A stretch of DNA of 57,021 bases from a virus: IMG/VR virus record IMGVR_UViG_3300045988_085176; one strand, 5' to 3'. The notes below the pieces were generated by a model, which did not search any database, was not told the origin of the DNA, and saw only the letters and a program-made list of their open reading frames with translations. The position numbers were made by a program, and so were the translations under genes. Of this stretch, positions 38,470-47,640 are shown piece after piece (the stretch's first letter is position 1; each line of letters opens with the position of its first letter).

Positions 38470-38671
38470 GCTGTCCGCCCTCCTCGCCGTGGACTTTCTT
38501 TTTCATCTCTTTTGCGGCTCCTTCGCCCACGCCAAGAGCATACGAATAAATGAGCCAACAAACAAAACTCATCACCCAGCAGAAAACCAAAACAGGCATC
38601 GGTACTATAAACCATCCATTTGCTTTGACAATAGACAGGATGATTCCCAGGAAAAGGAGCAGTTTAATCAT
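38453..38671 (-). CDS. Small membrane protein
   Basis: Start MIKLLLFLGIILSIV; two TM segments. Overlaps the upstream stop. Confidence 0.5.
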   Translation of the reverse strand: MIKLLLFLGIILSIVKANGWFIVPMPVLVFCWVMSFVCWLIYSYALGVGEGAAKEMKKKVHGEEGGQHERVD

Positions 38672-39104
38672 CGTCGTCGCCCTCCCCGTCTTGGATGGAG
38701 CTCTCCATCTCAATCAAAAACGCCGCATTGCAGGCCAGATGCCATAGATGAGGCAGGCCGCTTTCTTGATCGCACTTCTCACCCTTGAGATAGGCCAGCC
38801 AGTGCCGGTAGAGTGCGTCCCTGTAACGCTGCGGCTCCACCTGCCGCCAGTTCTCCGGGTCGTGATACTTTTCGTTTCCGTACATGCGGACCGCTGTCAC
38901 AGCATCAATCAGGCTGACGGGAGTGATCGTAGGGCGAGGCTTTCCTGCGTCAGCTTTGGCCTGCTGGTCCTTGTTTGCATCTTTTGGGTCCTGAAATCCA
39001 CAAACTGGACATTCAGAATTAGGAAATTTATTGGGGTTTTCTTCTTCATGTGCGCAAATTGGACAAATCCATGAATCCCCATTATCTATCCAGTGCTTAC
39101 TCAT
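38664..39104 (-). CDS. Zn-ribbon plus dATP/dGTP diphosphohydrolase-like (DUF5664-type) domain protein
   Basis: CPIC...CPVC N-terminus. The C-terminal segment YGNEKYHDPENW...DALYRHW...DQESGLPHLWHLACNAAFL fits that family pattern. Confidence 0.5.
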   Translation of the reverse strand: MSKHWIDNGDSWICPICAHEEENPNKFPNSECPVCGFQDPKDANKDQQAKADAGKPRPTITPVSLIDAVTAVRMYGNEKYHDPENWRQVEPQRYRDALYRHWLAYLKGEKCDQESGLPHLWHLACNAAFLIEMESSIQDGEGDDDD

Positions 39105-39520
39105 TCCGCACCTCCGATGATCTGGTCAAGGGTGACGGACTGGCCGGGCTTAATGCTGGGGAACAAGTCCTCGTTGATATACAGGTGGTCAAACACCAGG
39201 GCAGATCGCTCCCCGAGGTTGGGTGTCCGCCTGATAACCCCATCCCGCCCAAACACACGTCTGACGGTCTTAGCGTCCTCAACATCCTGCTCCGTCCATC
39301 GGGGCTTGCGGATGATGCGGTCGGGGTGGTTGATGAAATCAACAAGGCAAAGCATACCGGCAGGAATCCATTCCCTATACCCATCTCCGTTATATTTGGG
39401 CATAGCATACTCTAAAGCGACACCACCGCTTACTCTGTAAATCGCTATGTCATTTCCAGAAACAGTCCACTCTTCATCCACCTCAACCCCCAGCACCTGC
39501 GCAATTCTTGGTTTATCCAC
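39101..39520 (-). CDS. Hypothetical protein
   Basis: GTG start behind GGAGGA; 139 aa. Confidence 0.5.
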   Translation of the reverse strand: MDKPRIAQVLGVEVDEEWTVSGNDIAIYRVSGGVALEYAMPKYNGDGYREWIPAGMLCLVDFINHPDRIIRKPRWTEQDVEDAKTVRRVFGRDGVIRRTPNLGERSALVFDHLYINEDLFPSIKPGQSVTLDQIIGGAE

Positions 39521-40142
39521 TTGTTGTCCTCCTCTCAACCGCCTTATCAATCGGCCAATGTAACTTATCAATTCTACTTCTAAGCGTTCCAGCGTTGATT
39601 TTCTTTATTTCAGCAAGTTCTGAAATTGTATATCGCTTTCCGTCATACTCAACATAGTGATTTCTGCTTGTATTGTTCGATTGCTCTTTTGCTGTTGCCC
39701 ATCTGCAATTTTCGGGGCAGTAATTGCCGTTCGGGTCAATCCTGTCAATGCTCAAATCATCACGGTAGCCGCTTTGCTTTGCCCATTCGGCGAAATTCTC
39801 ATATGTATGCCATTCTGCGCAAACACCAATTCCACGTCCCCCATATAAATCATAACGACTGGCATACGGGGCTTCACAACGCTTAATCATCCCACGCCAT
39901 ATATCATGTAACCTCGTGTGCGATTCCCCATGCGTTGTCATTCTTTGTCTGGTATCTTCCGCCTTATAGCAACCACACGAAATGGTTTTACCAGAAATTA
40001 GATCAGAATATCGAATTGTCTTTTGATTCCCACAATCACATATGCACACCCACGTCGTATCGTTATACTTGGTATTTTCGCCTCTATACATTGCCGTGAG
40101 GCGGCCAAACCTACGCCCTCTCAAGTCTATAAACCTACCCAT
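39513..40142 (-). CDS. Zn-ribbon plus AP2/HNH-like DNA-binding protein; paralog of 1412-2278
   Basis: FGRLTAM...WVCICDCGN...SCGC, YGGRGIGVCAEW, DRIDPNGNYCPENCRWAT. Confidence 0.65.
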   Translation of the reverse strand: MGRFIDLRGRRFGRLTAMYRGENTKYNDTTWVCICDCGNQKTIRYSDLISGKTISCGCYKAEDTRQRMTTHGESHTRLHDIWRGMIKRCEAPYASRYDLYGGRGIGVCAEWHTYENFAEWAKQSGYRDDLSIDRIDPNGNYCPENCRWATAKEQSNNTSRNHYVEYDGKRYTISELAEIKKINAGTLRSRIDKLHWPIDKAVERRTTSG

Positions 40143-40261
40143 TTATTTTCACCTCAACCTTTACAAGCACCTCGCAAATTCTCGGCTTGTCCATGTTGGC
40201 CTCCTCCTTATGTTTTGCCGTCTCCGGCATATCATCCTCCACCACATAGCCAAGCCAAAGT

Positions 40262-40708
40262 TCACTGCTCATGGCCTGCCTCCTCAAAATAGATCTTCCC
40301 ACAATTGTCATACTTCATCTGCTTGTGCTGTACGCCTCTCAAGATGATGTACGCCCGCCTAAGCTGGCCGATGTCGAAGTAGCCGAAATGGCAGTCCTCA
40401 ACTGGTATCTCCATCTCGTGGGCCAGCCAGCAGTAAAGGTCGTGCCGCTTCTTTCCGGCTTTTGGTTTCCCTTTCCAAAAGCTATCAAAGATAGCATGGC
40501 ACATCTTTTTCCCTGTCCGCATCGGCTCGTCAGCCAACAGACCCAGGGCTTCCCGTGGGCGGGGCTTATGCGTCCCCACATAGGCCCCACACCGCTCACA
40601 GAGGTAGCAGTAGCCGCTCCCGTACTCCCGGCCATAGACACGGGCATTAGAGCCATAAGTGACAGGCCCTCCGCAGATATTACAACGGGTCGGATTGGTG
40701 TTTATCAT
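40262..40708 (-). CDS. Zn-ribbon protein (DUF3268-like)
   Basis: Start MINTNPTRCNICGG...CYLCERCGAYVGTH. Confidence 0.5.
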   Translation of the reverse strand: MINTNPTRCNICGGPVTYGSNARVYGREYGSGYCYLCERCGAYVGTHKPRPREALGLLADEPMRTGKKMCHAIFDSFWKGKPKAGKKRHDLYCWLAHEMEIPVEDCHFGYFDIGQLRRAYIILRGVQHKQMKYDNCGKIYFEEAGHEQ

Positions 40709-40844
40709 GGCCTGCCTCCTTCCTTTCCCACTCCCTGCACCGCTGATCCGGGTCTGTGAAGTCGGCGCGGTGCGGGGAATCACCATTACAGCACACGCCC
40801 TGGAAGTCCTCGTACCATGCGCAGGTGGCGCAACACTTAGTCAT
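40680..40844 (-). CDS. Small Cys-rich protein, 54 aa
   Basis: MTKCCATCAWYEDFQGVCCNGD...; ATGA-type overlap with the upstream gene. Confidence 0.4.
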   Translation of the reverse strand: MTKCCATCAWYEDFQGVCCNGDSPHRADFTDPDQRCREWERKEAGHDKHQSDPL

Positions 40845-41115
40845 GCTCGGCCTTCTTCCGCTGGCCCATAGAACAATAGTCGTTTTCCTGGAACATCTTC
40901 CAGTCCATACTCTCAGCCGGAGAACAAGGTTCCCCGTCCGAGGTCTGAAAATATGATAGTTGATCGCACCAGCCTGTATCGGAATGATAATGCTTGCACT
41001 CCCGGCATCTGACCACAGGCACCACATCAGGCCCCAGGTCAATGTCAATCGGTCCGTGATTCATGTGCTCGTTGCACCTAGCCATTGCCTGGAAAGCTGG
41101 AATATGTATTTTCAC
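40837..41115 (-). CDS. Small Zn-ribbon protein
   Basis: GTG start behind AAGGAGGA. Contains RCRECKHYH. Confidence 0.45.
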   Translation of the reverse strand: MKIHIPAFQAMARCNEHMNHGPIDIDLGPDVVPVVRCRECKHYHSDTGWCDQLSYFQTSDGEPCSPAESMDWKMFQENDYCSMGQRKKAEHD

Positions 41116-41363
41116 TGCTCGTCCTCCTTGTCCATGCGAGCGCCGCACCACGGGCAGAAAGTAGCGCCCTTGTCTCCATCGTCGCTGTACTCTTTGCACT
41201 CCGAACAATACGGGATTTTTCCAGGTTCAAAAATCCATCTCCCGTGCCTGACCTCCGCAACGTCGGCGGCTTTCAGGCTAAAAAGAATAGATTTGATTTG
41301 GAAATAGGCATCAGTTCCAATGGCCTTGTCGAGAATGTCTTTTGAACTGAAATAATTATCCAT
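41112..41363 (-). CDS. Small Zn-ribbon protein
   Basis: Start MDNYFSS behind GGAGGGAG. Contains YCSECKEY...FCPWCGARM. Confidence 0.5.
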   Translation of the reverse strand: MDNYFSSKDILDKAIGTDAYFQIKSILFSLKAADVAEVRHGRWIFEPGKIPYCSECKEYSDDGDKGATFCPWCGARMDKEDEQ

Positions 41364-41706
41364 CCTGCTCCCTCCGTAGTGCGGCCGCTGCTTCTTCTTG
41401 GGTATCTCCAAATACACACCCTTTGTCCATATCCTGCAAAACATTGATGGCGCTTGCATAATGGGCTTGTGCCGGTTTTGGGAAGCGTGTACTGCACACA
41501 TAAACCCATCTCGGAGGTTTGAATGGCAGCACCACGCACCGCCCCTCATCGTCAGCCTTTTTGAGTTCCCGGAGATGGTCAAGGTCATACTCGTCGCCCA
41601 GGATGTCCTCGATGGCGAAGAGTCTATGATAGATACTTTCATACGACGGTAACAAATCCGAATTATCTTTTCCAAGTCTAAACCCTTTTGAAGTCAGCCG
41701 CTTCAT
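41356..41706 (-). CDS. Hypothetical protein
   Basis: Start MKRLTSKGF behind GGAGGAGG; 116 aa. Confidence 0.5.
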   Translation of the reverse strand: MKRLTSKGFRLGKDNSDLLPSYESIYHRLFAIEDILGDEYDLDHLRELKKADDEGRCVVLPFKPPRWVYVCSTRFPKPAQAHYASAINVLQDMDKGCVFGDTQEEAAAALRREQDG

Positions 41707-41708
41707 GG

Positions 41709-42023
41709 TCACCCCTCCTCCGGGCCTTGCCACCAGTAACAACTCTCGCCTTGACATGGGACGTCCATGCAGTGAGTGCAAATGGCCTCTCTTGCTTCGC
41801 CGTATTTTTGCTTCACCTGCTCCAGATTTTGCTTGTCCAATCTTAGGCCGAAAACCTCACCCTTGAGTTTTTCGATTTCCTCCGGCTCCAAGCCAGTTTC
41901 CTCGTAGGCGGCGAGGCGGTCAACATCGTCACCCCGGAATTTCTCTGGAGTTCCCTCATCACTGTAAATGCCATCCCCAACAAGATAATAGCCGCGTTCA
42001 TCTTTCTGTGTTGCGCGTTCCAT
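41709..42023 (-). CDS. Hypothetical protein
   Basis: Start MERATQKDERGYY behind GAGGAGG; 104 aa. Confidence 0.5.
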   Translation of the reverse strand: MERATQKDERGYYLVGDGIYSDEGTPEKFRGDDVDRLAAYEETGLEPEEIEKLKGEVFGLRLDKQNLEQVKQKYGEAREAICTHCMDVPCQGESCYWWQGPEEG

Positions 42024-42024
42024 G

Positions 42025-42324
42025 TCAGACCTCCTCGTGCCAATTTTGTAATGCATCTTTTAGGGTCTCATTCTCCCGCTTCATCTGCTCCAGTTCGGCC
42101 CGCAGTTCTGCATTTTCGGCCATCAGCCTTGTTCGCTCTCCGATCCCAGGCTCGTCACACGGCAAGTGTGCCAATTCGGACAATTTGTTTTTCAGCCGCT
42201 TGTTTTCGTCCTGGAGCGTGGATAGGGCGTAGGCGGCGTTCAGCAACATAGTCTGTGCAAAGCTATCCGGGCGAAAGGTCGCCGCCTCGCTCCGCAACTG
42301 CTCAATCAGCTTTTCGTAGTCCAT
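42025..42324 (-). CDS. Coiled-coil protein
   Basis: Start MDYEKLIEQL; TGATG overlap with the upstream stop; 99 aa. Confidence 0.5.
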   Translation of the reverse strand: MDYEKLIEQLRSEAATFRPDSFAQTMLLNAAYALSTLQDENKRLKNKLSELAHLPCDEPGIGERTRLMAENAELRAELEQMKRENETLKDALQNWHEEV

Positions 42325-42590
42325 CAGGTGTCCTCCTCTGCTGGCTGCTGGAGCCAGAAGCGCATATAATCCGTGCTCGGTATCCCGTCCTCGCATAGTT
42401 CTTCAAACAGAGGCAGCAGTTCTGTTTCCATCTCCTCGTCACTCATGGCCCGAATGCGGTCGGCGTTTGATCGCTTCTGTTCTGGGCAAGGCCCCAGCAC
42501 ACAGTAGCTGGTGGTGGTATCATCCGAAAACTTCCGGCACTTCCCATCCTTCTCAAAATAAACGCAGGGGTATTCCGTGCTCATTTTCAT
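42324..42590 (-). CDS. Hypothetical Cys-containing protein
   Basis: Start MKMSTEYPCVYF; ATGA overlap; 88 aa. Confidence 0.5.
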   Translation of the reverse strand: MKMSTEYPCVYFEKDGKCRKFSDDTTTSYCVLGPCPEQKRSNADRIRAMSDEEMETELLPLFEELCEDGIPSTDYMRFWLQQPAEEDT

Positions 42591-42859
42591 GTGTCCTCCT
42601 CTCCCTCCGGCGGGCGGCGGTAGTAATCTCGTAGTTCTGTATTCCGGATGCAAAACTTACACATACTCATTGACGACCTTTTGCAGTCTACACACCCATC
42701 ACACGTCATCGGCTCGTTCGGCGGGGTGAGGGTGGGATCTCCCTCCAATGCAGAGATCAGCATATCAATGATTTGAGCCGCTTGATGATATGTGTCAGTG
42801 CTCCTCCATGCATCAGCAGCTTTCTTTGCTAACTGAATAGTTTTATTGTTCCGGTCCAT
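42587..42859 (-). CDS. Hypothetical protein
   Basis: 90-aa ORF. Contains CDGCVDCKRSSMSMCKFC. Confidence 0.5.
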   Translation of the reverse strand: MDRNNKTIQLAKKAADAWRSTDTYHQAAQIIDMLISALEGDPTLTPPNEPMTCDGCVDCKRSSMSMCKFCIRNTELRDYYRRPPEGEEDT

Positions 42860-43172
42860 CTTTCAACGCCTCCAATCTCTTCCCCTGTCTGTCCCTCGCC
42901 ACTGGGGTTATAGGGCGACCACAATTGGGGCAGTAGTGCATATTTCCAGATACATCAATAGGCCCTTCAAAAGGTCCATAAAACTGAACCTCTCCAATTG
43001 CTAAACCTGCGTCTTTGCAAGCTTCGCACCCAGGCCACACCTTCTCCACCTGCTCCCTACTGACTGGGCGGAGGGCGGCGAGGGCCAGCGTAAATGCGTC
43101 CCTGATTGCCGATTTTCCAGGATACATCTCCCTGGCTGTCATCAGAATCTCAACCGCTTCTTCCCGCGTCAT
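42843..43172 (-). CDS. Hypothetical Zn-ribbon protein
   Basis: 109 aa. Contains PGCEACKD...YCPNCGRP. Confidence 0.5.
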   Translation of the reverse strand: MTREEAVEILMTAREMYPGKSAIRDAFTLALAALRPVSREQVEKVWPGCEACKDAGLAIGEVQFYGPFEGPIDVSGNMHYCPNCGRPITPVARDRQGKRLEALKDGPEQ

Positions 43173-43543
43173 TCCATCCCCTCCAGCCTCTCCATCTCCT
43201 CCGCGCTCAGAATCGGTGCGCGGGTGTTCCAGGCTGAAATTGCCTCAACCTGAGTATTGAACCTTTTTACAGCCCTGCCGCAGCAAGAACTATCAACGCA
43301 TTGTGGGATATATTCTTTTTTCCGATACTCAAAATACTCTTTCCCACTTGGATAACTAATGCATCGAATGATTCTTGCTCCTTTCGGAACCTCTTTTTTA
43401 GTTTCAGCATATCTTGGCTGAGCCTCAACCTCATGTACAACCGCATCATTTCCGCAGAACGGACACGGCATCAGCACCCCCGCATCCGTTAGCCGCTGGG
43501 CTACCTCTTTGTTGCCGAGCAAAGCTAATTTGATGTCATCCAT
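43169..43543 (-). CDS. lar: Lar-family restriction alleviation protein
   Basis: LMPCPFCGNDAVVHEVE ... VEAISAWNTRAP matches the Lar family pattern. Confidence 0.6.
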   Translation of the reverse strand: MDDIKLALLGNKEVAQRLTDAGVLMPCPFCGNDAVVHEVEAQPRYAETKKEVPKGARIIRCISYPSGKEYFEYRKKEYIPQCVDSSCCGRAVKRFNTQVEAISAWNTRAPILSAEEMERLEGME

Positions 43544-44108
43544 TGCAGATACCTCCCCATTGTTCGGCCATTGCCTGTGCCACTCCGGTATAGGTTTTGC
43601 TGCGCAGCCTCGCCCTGTCAGGCCCCGGAGGCATACGCCACACCCGCTGCTCTCTTCCTGTTATGATGTTGGAAGGGGTAAGCAAAGGCAAGCCCTTCAG
43701 CCACAGACAGGTTGCTTTTGTTTCTCCGTGCCCAAACATCCATGGCTGAATAATCTGGTCCGGTTTTCGCCAAACCGTAGACATGATTCCAACCGGGTTT
43801 TCGATGGCGATTCGTGGGCAGCTTGCGTTTGCAAATCTCATAAAAAACTCTATTGATTTCTGCTGCCTGCCATCCGCCCGTTTTTCTGCGAACCATTTTG
43901 CTCCACTGACGGCCAGGTCTGTACAGGGCGGGAATGCCAGTATCATATCCCACTGCATTTTAAGCAATTCCAGTGCGTCACACTGCAAATGCCACTCCGG
44001 GTGCCCTCCGGAACACGGCTCTATGTCACAGCTGTATGTTTCATGCCCCAGCGCTCGGAAGGCTTTGCAGACTTCCTGAGACTCTTCGCAAGCAACCAGA
44101 ACTCTCAT
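43536..44108 (-). CDS. Short C5-cytosine methyltransferase-like protein
   Basis: 190 aa. AFPPCTDLAVSG (motif IV-like PC) and AIENPVG (motif VI-like ENV). Too short for a full TRD and motifs IX-X. Confidence 0.5.
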   Translation of the reverse strand: MRVLVACEESQEVCKAFRALGHETYSCDIEPCSGGHPEWHLQCDALELLKMQWDMILAFPPCTDLAVSGAKWFAEKRADGRQQKSIEFFMRFANASCPRIAIENPVGIMSTVWRKPDQIIQPWMFGHGETKATCLWLKGLPLLTPSNIITGREQRVWRMPPGPDRARLRSKTYTGVAQAMAEQWGGICNG

Positions 44109-44157
44109 AGCTTCGCCGCCTCGTGGTCGCCCAGGAGGGCAGCCCGAACGTCCTCGA

Positions 44158-44769
44158 TCATGCTGTTTTCTCCTTTCGTTTTCTACGCTGATTCAAAAGC
44201 TCGAACCGATATCCTCTGGGGTCTAGCACACCATGGTATAGCCTCCTGTCCATAGCAGAGATAGACAAGCTGTTCTTCCTGGCCGCATCGGTGACGCTTG
44301 GATATATCACTTCATTCCCGTGCAGGTCCAGGCGAATAACGGGCCTTTTATGGGGCCGTCCATGATATTTTCGCCCAGCCTGTCCTGGTTTGACCGCAAC
44401 AAGATTTCTCAGCTCACAATCCAGCTTGACGCCGTTTCGGTGTGTGATATGTAGTCCATCCCGCTTTGCCCGGCCTTCCCAAAAGGCATCATCCATTAGC
44501 CGCACAAGAGCCGCCTTGTACTGTTTCCCTTCCACTGTCCGCAGGTAGACCACCGCCCGGTTTCCGCTGATTCTTGCCCTGATATCGATCCACTGTTTTC
44601 CGTCCCACTTCTGGACCTGGGCCTCCTCGTTAATGCGGTAAGGGTATTGATAGCCATCGATTTTTCTCCAGGTCATACACTCACTCCCTCCAGCCCGGCA
44701 CCGGAGAGAAGCTGCGGCTCCAGGAGCACCCTCCGCATGCTTTCTGACAGGTCCAACATGGATTTTCAT
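44158..44769 (-). CDS. HNH homing endonuclease-like (NUMOD4 / HNH_3 / NUMOD1-type)
   Basis: WRKIDGYQYPYRINEEAQV, HITHRNGVKLDCELRNL, SVTDAARKNSLSISAM. Confidence 0.65.
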   Translation of the reverse strand: MKIHVGPVRKHAEGAPGAAASLRCRAGGSECMTWRKIDGYQYPYRINEEAQVQKWDGKQWIDIRARISGNRAVVYLRTVEGKQYKAALVRLMDDAFWEGRAKRDGLHITHRNGVKLDCELRNLVAVKPGQAGRKYHGRPHKRPVIRLDLHGNEVIYPSVTDAARKNSLSISAMDRRLYHGVLDPRGYRFELLNQRRKRKEKTA

Positions 44770-45155
44770 GCATACGGCCTGCCCCCCGGCATGATCTCGA
44801 CCTTGATGGCGCCCCCATCCCAGAACTCATGCGACACCATCTTGACCCATTTCCGGTTATCATCCGGTAATATGTAGCCTTTCATTGCGTCCAGAAACGC
44901 TTTCCCTAAAACCGCATGATTATCGCAGTCCAGGCCGTCATCCCAATAAAATCTCACCTTCACCGGTCTGTCTAGCATCCTGTTCCTGATCCCAGCTTTA
45001 TGCATAGCTGCTCGGGCGATCATGTGGAGCTCTTCGGCATCCTTCCGCCGCTTCTGTGGATGCTTGCCCGCATAATAGGCGTTCAGGCCAAATCTTCGGT
45101 TCCATTCTGACTTCCCTTTTTTGGTCGTTGGGTAGTTGATGATAAAACTCAGCAT
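44766..45155 (-). CDS. rusA: RusA-like Holliday junction resolvase
   Basis: LNAYYAGKH..., GLDCDNHAVLGKAFLDAMKGYILPDDNRKWV. Confidence 0.6.
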   Translation of the reverse strand: MLSFIINYPTTKKGKSEWNRRFGLNAYYAGKHPQKRRKDAEELHMIARAAMHKAGIRNRMLDRPVKVRFYWDDGLDCDNHAVLGKAFLDAMKGYILPDDNRKWVKMVSHEFWDGGAIKVEIMPGGRPYA

Positions 45156-45168
45156 TTCTCCGCACCCC

Positions 45169-45306
45169 TTACTCTAGCGATTTGGAATACGAATCTAAAA
45201 CTGTTTGTAGGGCGACTGCTACCTCTTCATACATTTCCGAATATCTATCAAGACCTTCTGACCTCATAAAATCTCTCTGAGCACGCTTTCTTTTGATTTC
45301 GCCCAT
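45169..45306 (-). CDS. Small hypothetical protein, 45 aa
   Basis: MGEIKRKRAQRDFMRSEGLDRYSEMYEEVAVALQTVLDSYSKSLE; fills the helicase-rusA gap. Confidence 0.35.
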   Translation of the reverse strand: MGEIKRKRAQRDFMRSEGLDRYSEMYEEVAVALQTVLDSYSKSLE

Positions 45307-45313
45307 GACTAAT

Positions 45314-46597
45314 TCAGATACCCTGTCCACGTTTCCGCGCCTCCTCCCATGAATAGCACTTTATCGGCCTCCCTCCAGCTTCATATAATCTTCTGGATGG
45401 CTCGTTATATTCAAGTTTGATCCTTGCTCTAGCTCCGAACTCTCTATTTTTCAAAATAGTGAGTAGGGAGGAGTACCCAAGTTCCTGTTCTCTCTCCTCG
45501 GGTACTCGTTCAACCTTGAATACATTGTCAGCTCTGTTTGTAATGTCGCTGGAACCTCCGACATCATCTGCCTCCAAACGTCTGCCCTCTGTCTTCCTTG
45601 GGTGTGCCACAAGGTGCACATGCACGTCAAGTCTTTTGGCAAACGAAACTAGACGCCCCGTAAATGCGGACTGAGCCCTCCAGAATCCAAGGTTTGATTC
45701 GTCTTTCAGCTCCGCAGTCATAATGTTATCTACGAGGAACGTATCTGCTCCATATCGGCGGTTGGCATACTCAAAAATCTTTAGAATGTTTGCTTCATCG
45801 TGCGCCTCTTTTCTTTGGATGTCTGTTAAGAAAAGGCGCTCGTTCCACCATTTGTCGATATAAGGAACGACCTCTTTATTCACGTCAAACAGGACCCGAC
45901 CGCTTCTCTGATCCACTCTTCGTGTCACATTGAGATATCCAGCCGCCTGCTGCAATAGCCCGAGTTTAAACTGCTCTTTGGGCAGTTCACCGGAATAGGC
46001 ACACACAACATGGTTCTGATTGACTGCATCAAGCATGATCTGCCCCAGAAGTGTGCTCTTCCCTTCTCCCCGTTTCCCTGTCCAAACGGATAATTCCCCA
46101 GAAGAAAACCCACCAATCGCACTGTCTAGTTCATGTAGTCCAGAGATCACACGCTTTGCATTTTTCCTCTTCTGGCAATCCACATCTGCAAGGTTGATGA
46201 TTCCATGGACAGGAGCCTCTTCTCCGTTCAGCAGAAGATTATCCAAAGCTCTTATTCCACGGTCTCCAACCAGGGAAAACAAGCTCTTATACCCCTGAAA
46301 ACTATCTTCTGTAGGGATGATGATCGGGATGGACACTCTTGCCTCCAGCTCTGCGGCTGCTGTATCCTGTTCCAGCCCCGGTGGTATCACGATCAAGATG
46401 TACGGGAAAGAGTTGATATACTCCATCCACGGCTCGAGCTCTTTCCACTCAGTCAGAATCCCTTTGCACACAGCGTTCATTCCAACAGTCTGCATGTCTT
46501 CTGCGTCCTTACACCACCACAGCCCAGACGGCTGTGATGGGTCCATCATATCAGGTCGGAACAGTAGCGAATCACTTGCTCCAGTAGTCATCGCCAT
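45314..46597 (-). CDS. DnaB-like replicative helicase / RecA-fold ATPase
   Basis: Walker A GKRGEGKST. Walker B-like FLVDNIM. RBS GAGGAGG. Confidence 0.7.
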   Translation of the reverse strand: MAMTTGASDSLLFRPDMMDPSQPSGLWWCKDAEDMQTVGMNAVCKGILTEWKELEPWMEYINSFPYILIVIPPGLEQDTAAAELEARVSIPIIIPTEDSFQGYKSLFSLVGDRGIRALDNLLLNGEEAPVHGIINLADVDCQKRKNAKRVISGLHELDSAIGGFSSGELSVWTGKRGEGKSTLLGQIMLDAVNQNHVVCAYSGELPKEQFKLGLLQQAAGYLNVTRRVDQRSGRVLFDVNKEVVPYIDKWWNERLFLTDIQRKEAHDEANILKIFEYANRRYGADTFLVDNIMTAELKDESNLGFWRAQSAFTGRLVSFAKRLDVHVHLVAHPRKTEGRRLEADDVGGSSDITNRADNVFKVERVPEEREQELGYSSLLTILKNREFGARARIKLEYNEPSRRLYEAGGRPIKCYSWEEARKRGQGI

Positions 46598-47216
46598 CTG
46601 ATTGCTTCCTCCTCTTTTCCCAGGTCCTTACTGCGGCTTTCCAGTCCACGACCGGACGACCTGGCCCGTACTTCCAGCCTCTTGCCGCGTAATAGTCTAC
46701 AAATGCTTCAGGGTCTATTCCGTTCTTCTTCCCCTCGCAATATTCCCGAACTTCGTCTACTGTGGGAGGATCAAAACTTTTTCTTTTAGACCCCGAAGGG
46801 GTCTTTTCTTTTGGATTCGGATTGGATTGGATTACGGAGACATTTGCTTGCAATTGCTTGCAAATGATTTCAGATGTACTCTCGCTGAAATCAGGAGCTG
46901 GATACTTGCTTTTCTTCGCACGGATGGTTTGGTGGACTTCCCATGTTGGGAGATATAGGTACGGCTTACTGTCACACTCGTACAGCCTCACGATGCCTAT
47001 ATCCGCCAGCTTCGTCAGCGCACTGGACACATCCTTCAGAGTGATCCGATCCTTCAGCGGGAAAAGCCTTGCTTTCAAAACCGCCGGTCTTGCATCAAAG
47101 CGCCCATAATCATCACAATTCACGATCAACCGAAAGAAAAAGACTTCTTCAAACCAGCTCAATCCATCAAGACTTTCACTTGTACAAATCGATTCTTTTA
47201 TAATTCGGTTCGGCAC
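46572..47216 (-). CDS. Phage replisome organiser (Lin1244/DnaD-like)
   Basis: GTG start. FFFRLIVNCDDYGRFDARPAVLKARLFP. C-terminal YYAARGWKYG...DWKAAVRTWE. Confidence 0.6.
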   Translation of the reverse strand: MPNRIIKESICTSESLDGLSWFEEVFFFRLIVNCDDYGRFDARPAVLKARLFPLKDRITLKDVSSALTKLADIGIVRLYECDSKPYLYLPTWEVHQTIRAKKSKYPAPDFSESTSEIICKQLQANVSVIQSNPNPKEKTPSGSKRKSFDPPTVDEVREYCEGKKNGIDPEAFVDYYAARGWKYGPGRPVVDWKAAVRTWEKRRKQSDGDDYWSK

Positions 47217-47229
47217 ACTTCATGCCCCC

Positions 47230-47640
47230 TTAAAAGGGCAAACTGCCATCATCGTCTGTAAGCTCAGAAAACTGCTCCTGCTCATCATTTCCATATTGAG
47301 CATCGGACCCAGGATCTCGTTTGGAGTCCCCGAAGTAGACATTGTTTGCAATGACCTCAGCACTCCGGCGTTTGTTGCCGTCCTTGTCCGTCCAGTCACG
47401 GAGCTGAAGGCGGCCATCTACCACGGCCATGCGGCCTTTTGTGAAGTAGCGGCTGACAAACTCTCCGGTCTGCCGCCAGGCTACCACATCAATGAAATCG
47501 GTAGTGCAGTCTCCAGTAGCCTTGTCCTTAAAGTCCCGGTCCACCGCCAGAGTGAAGGAGGCCACAGCCGTCCCGGTCTGGGTGTGCCGGAGCTCTGGAT
47601 CTCGGGTCAAACGTCCCATAATAGTGATATGGTTAAGCAT
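47230..47640 (-). CDS. ssb: Single-stranded DNA-binding protein
   Basis: MLNHITIMGRLTRDPELRHTQTGTAVASFTLAV OB-fold and acidic tail DDDGSLPF. Confidence 0.9.
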   Translation of the reverse strand: MLNHITIMGRLTRDPELRHTQTGTAVASFTLAVDRDFKDKATGDCTTDFIDVVAWRQTGEFVSRYFTKGRMAVVDGRLQLRDWTDKDGNKRRSAEVIANNVYFGDSKRDPGSDAQYGNDEQEQFSELTDDDGSLPF

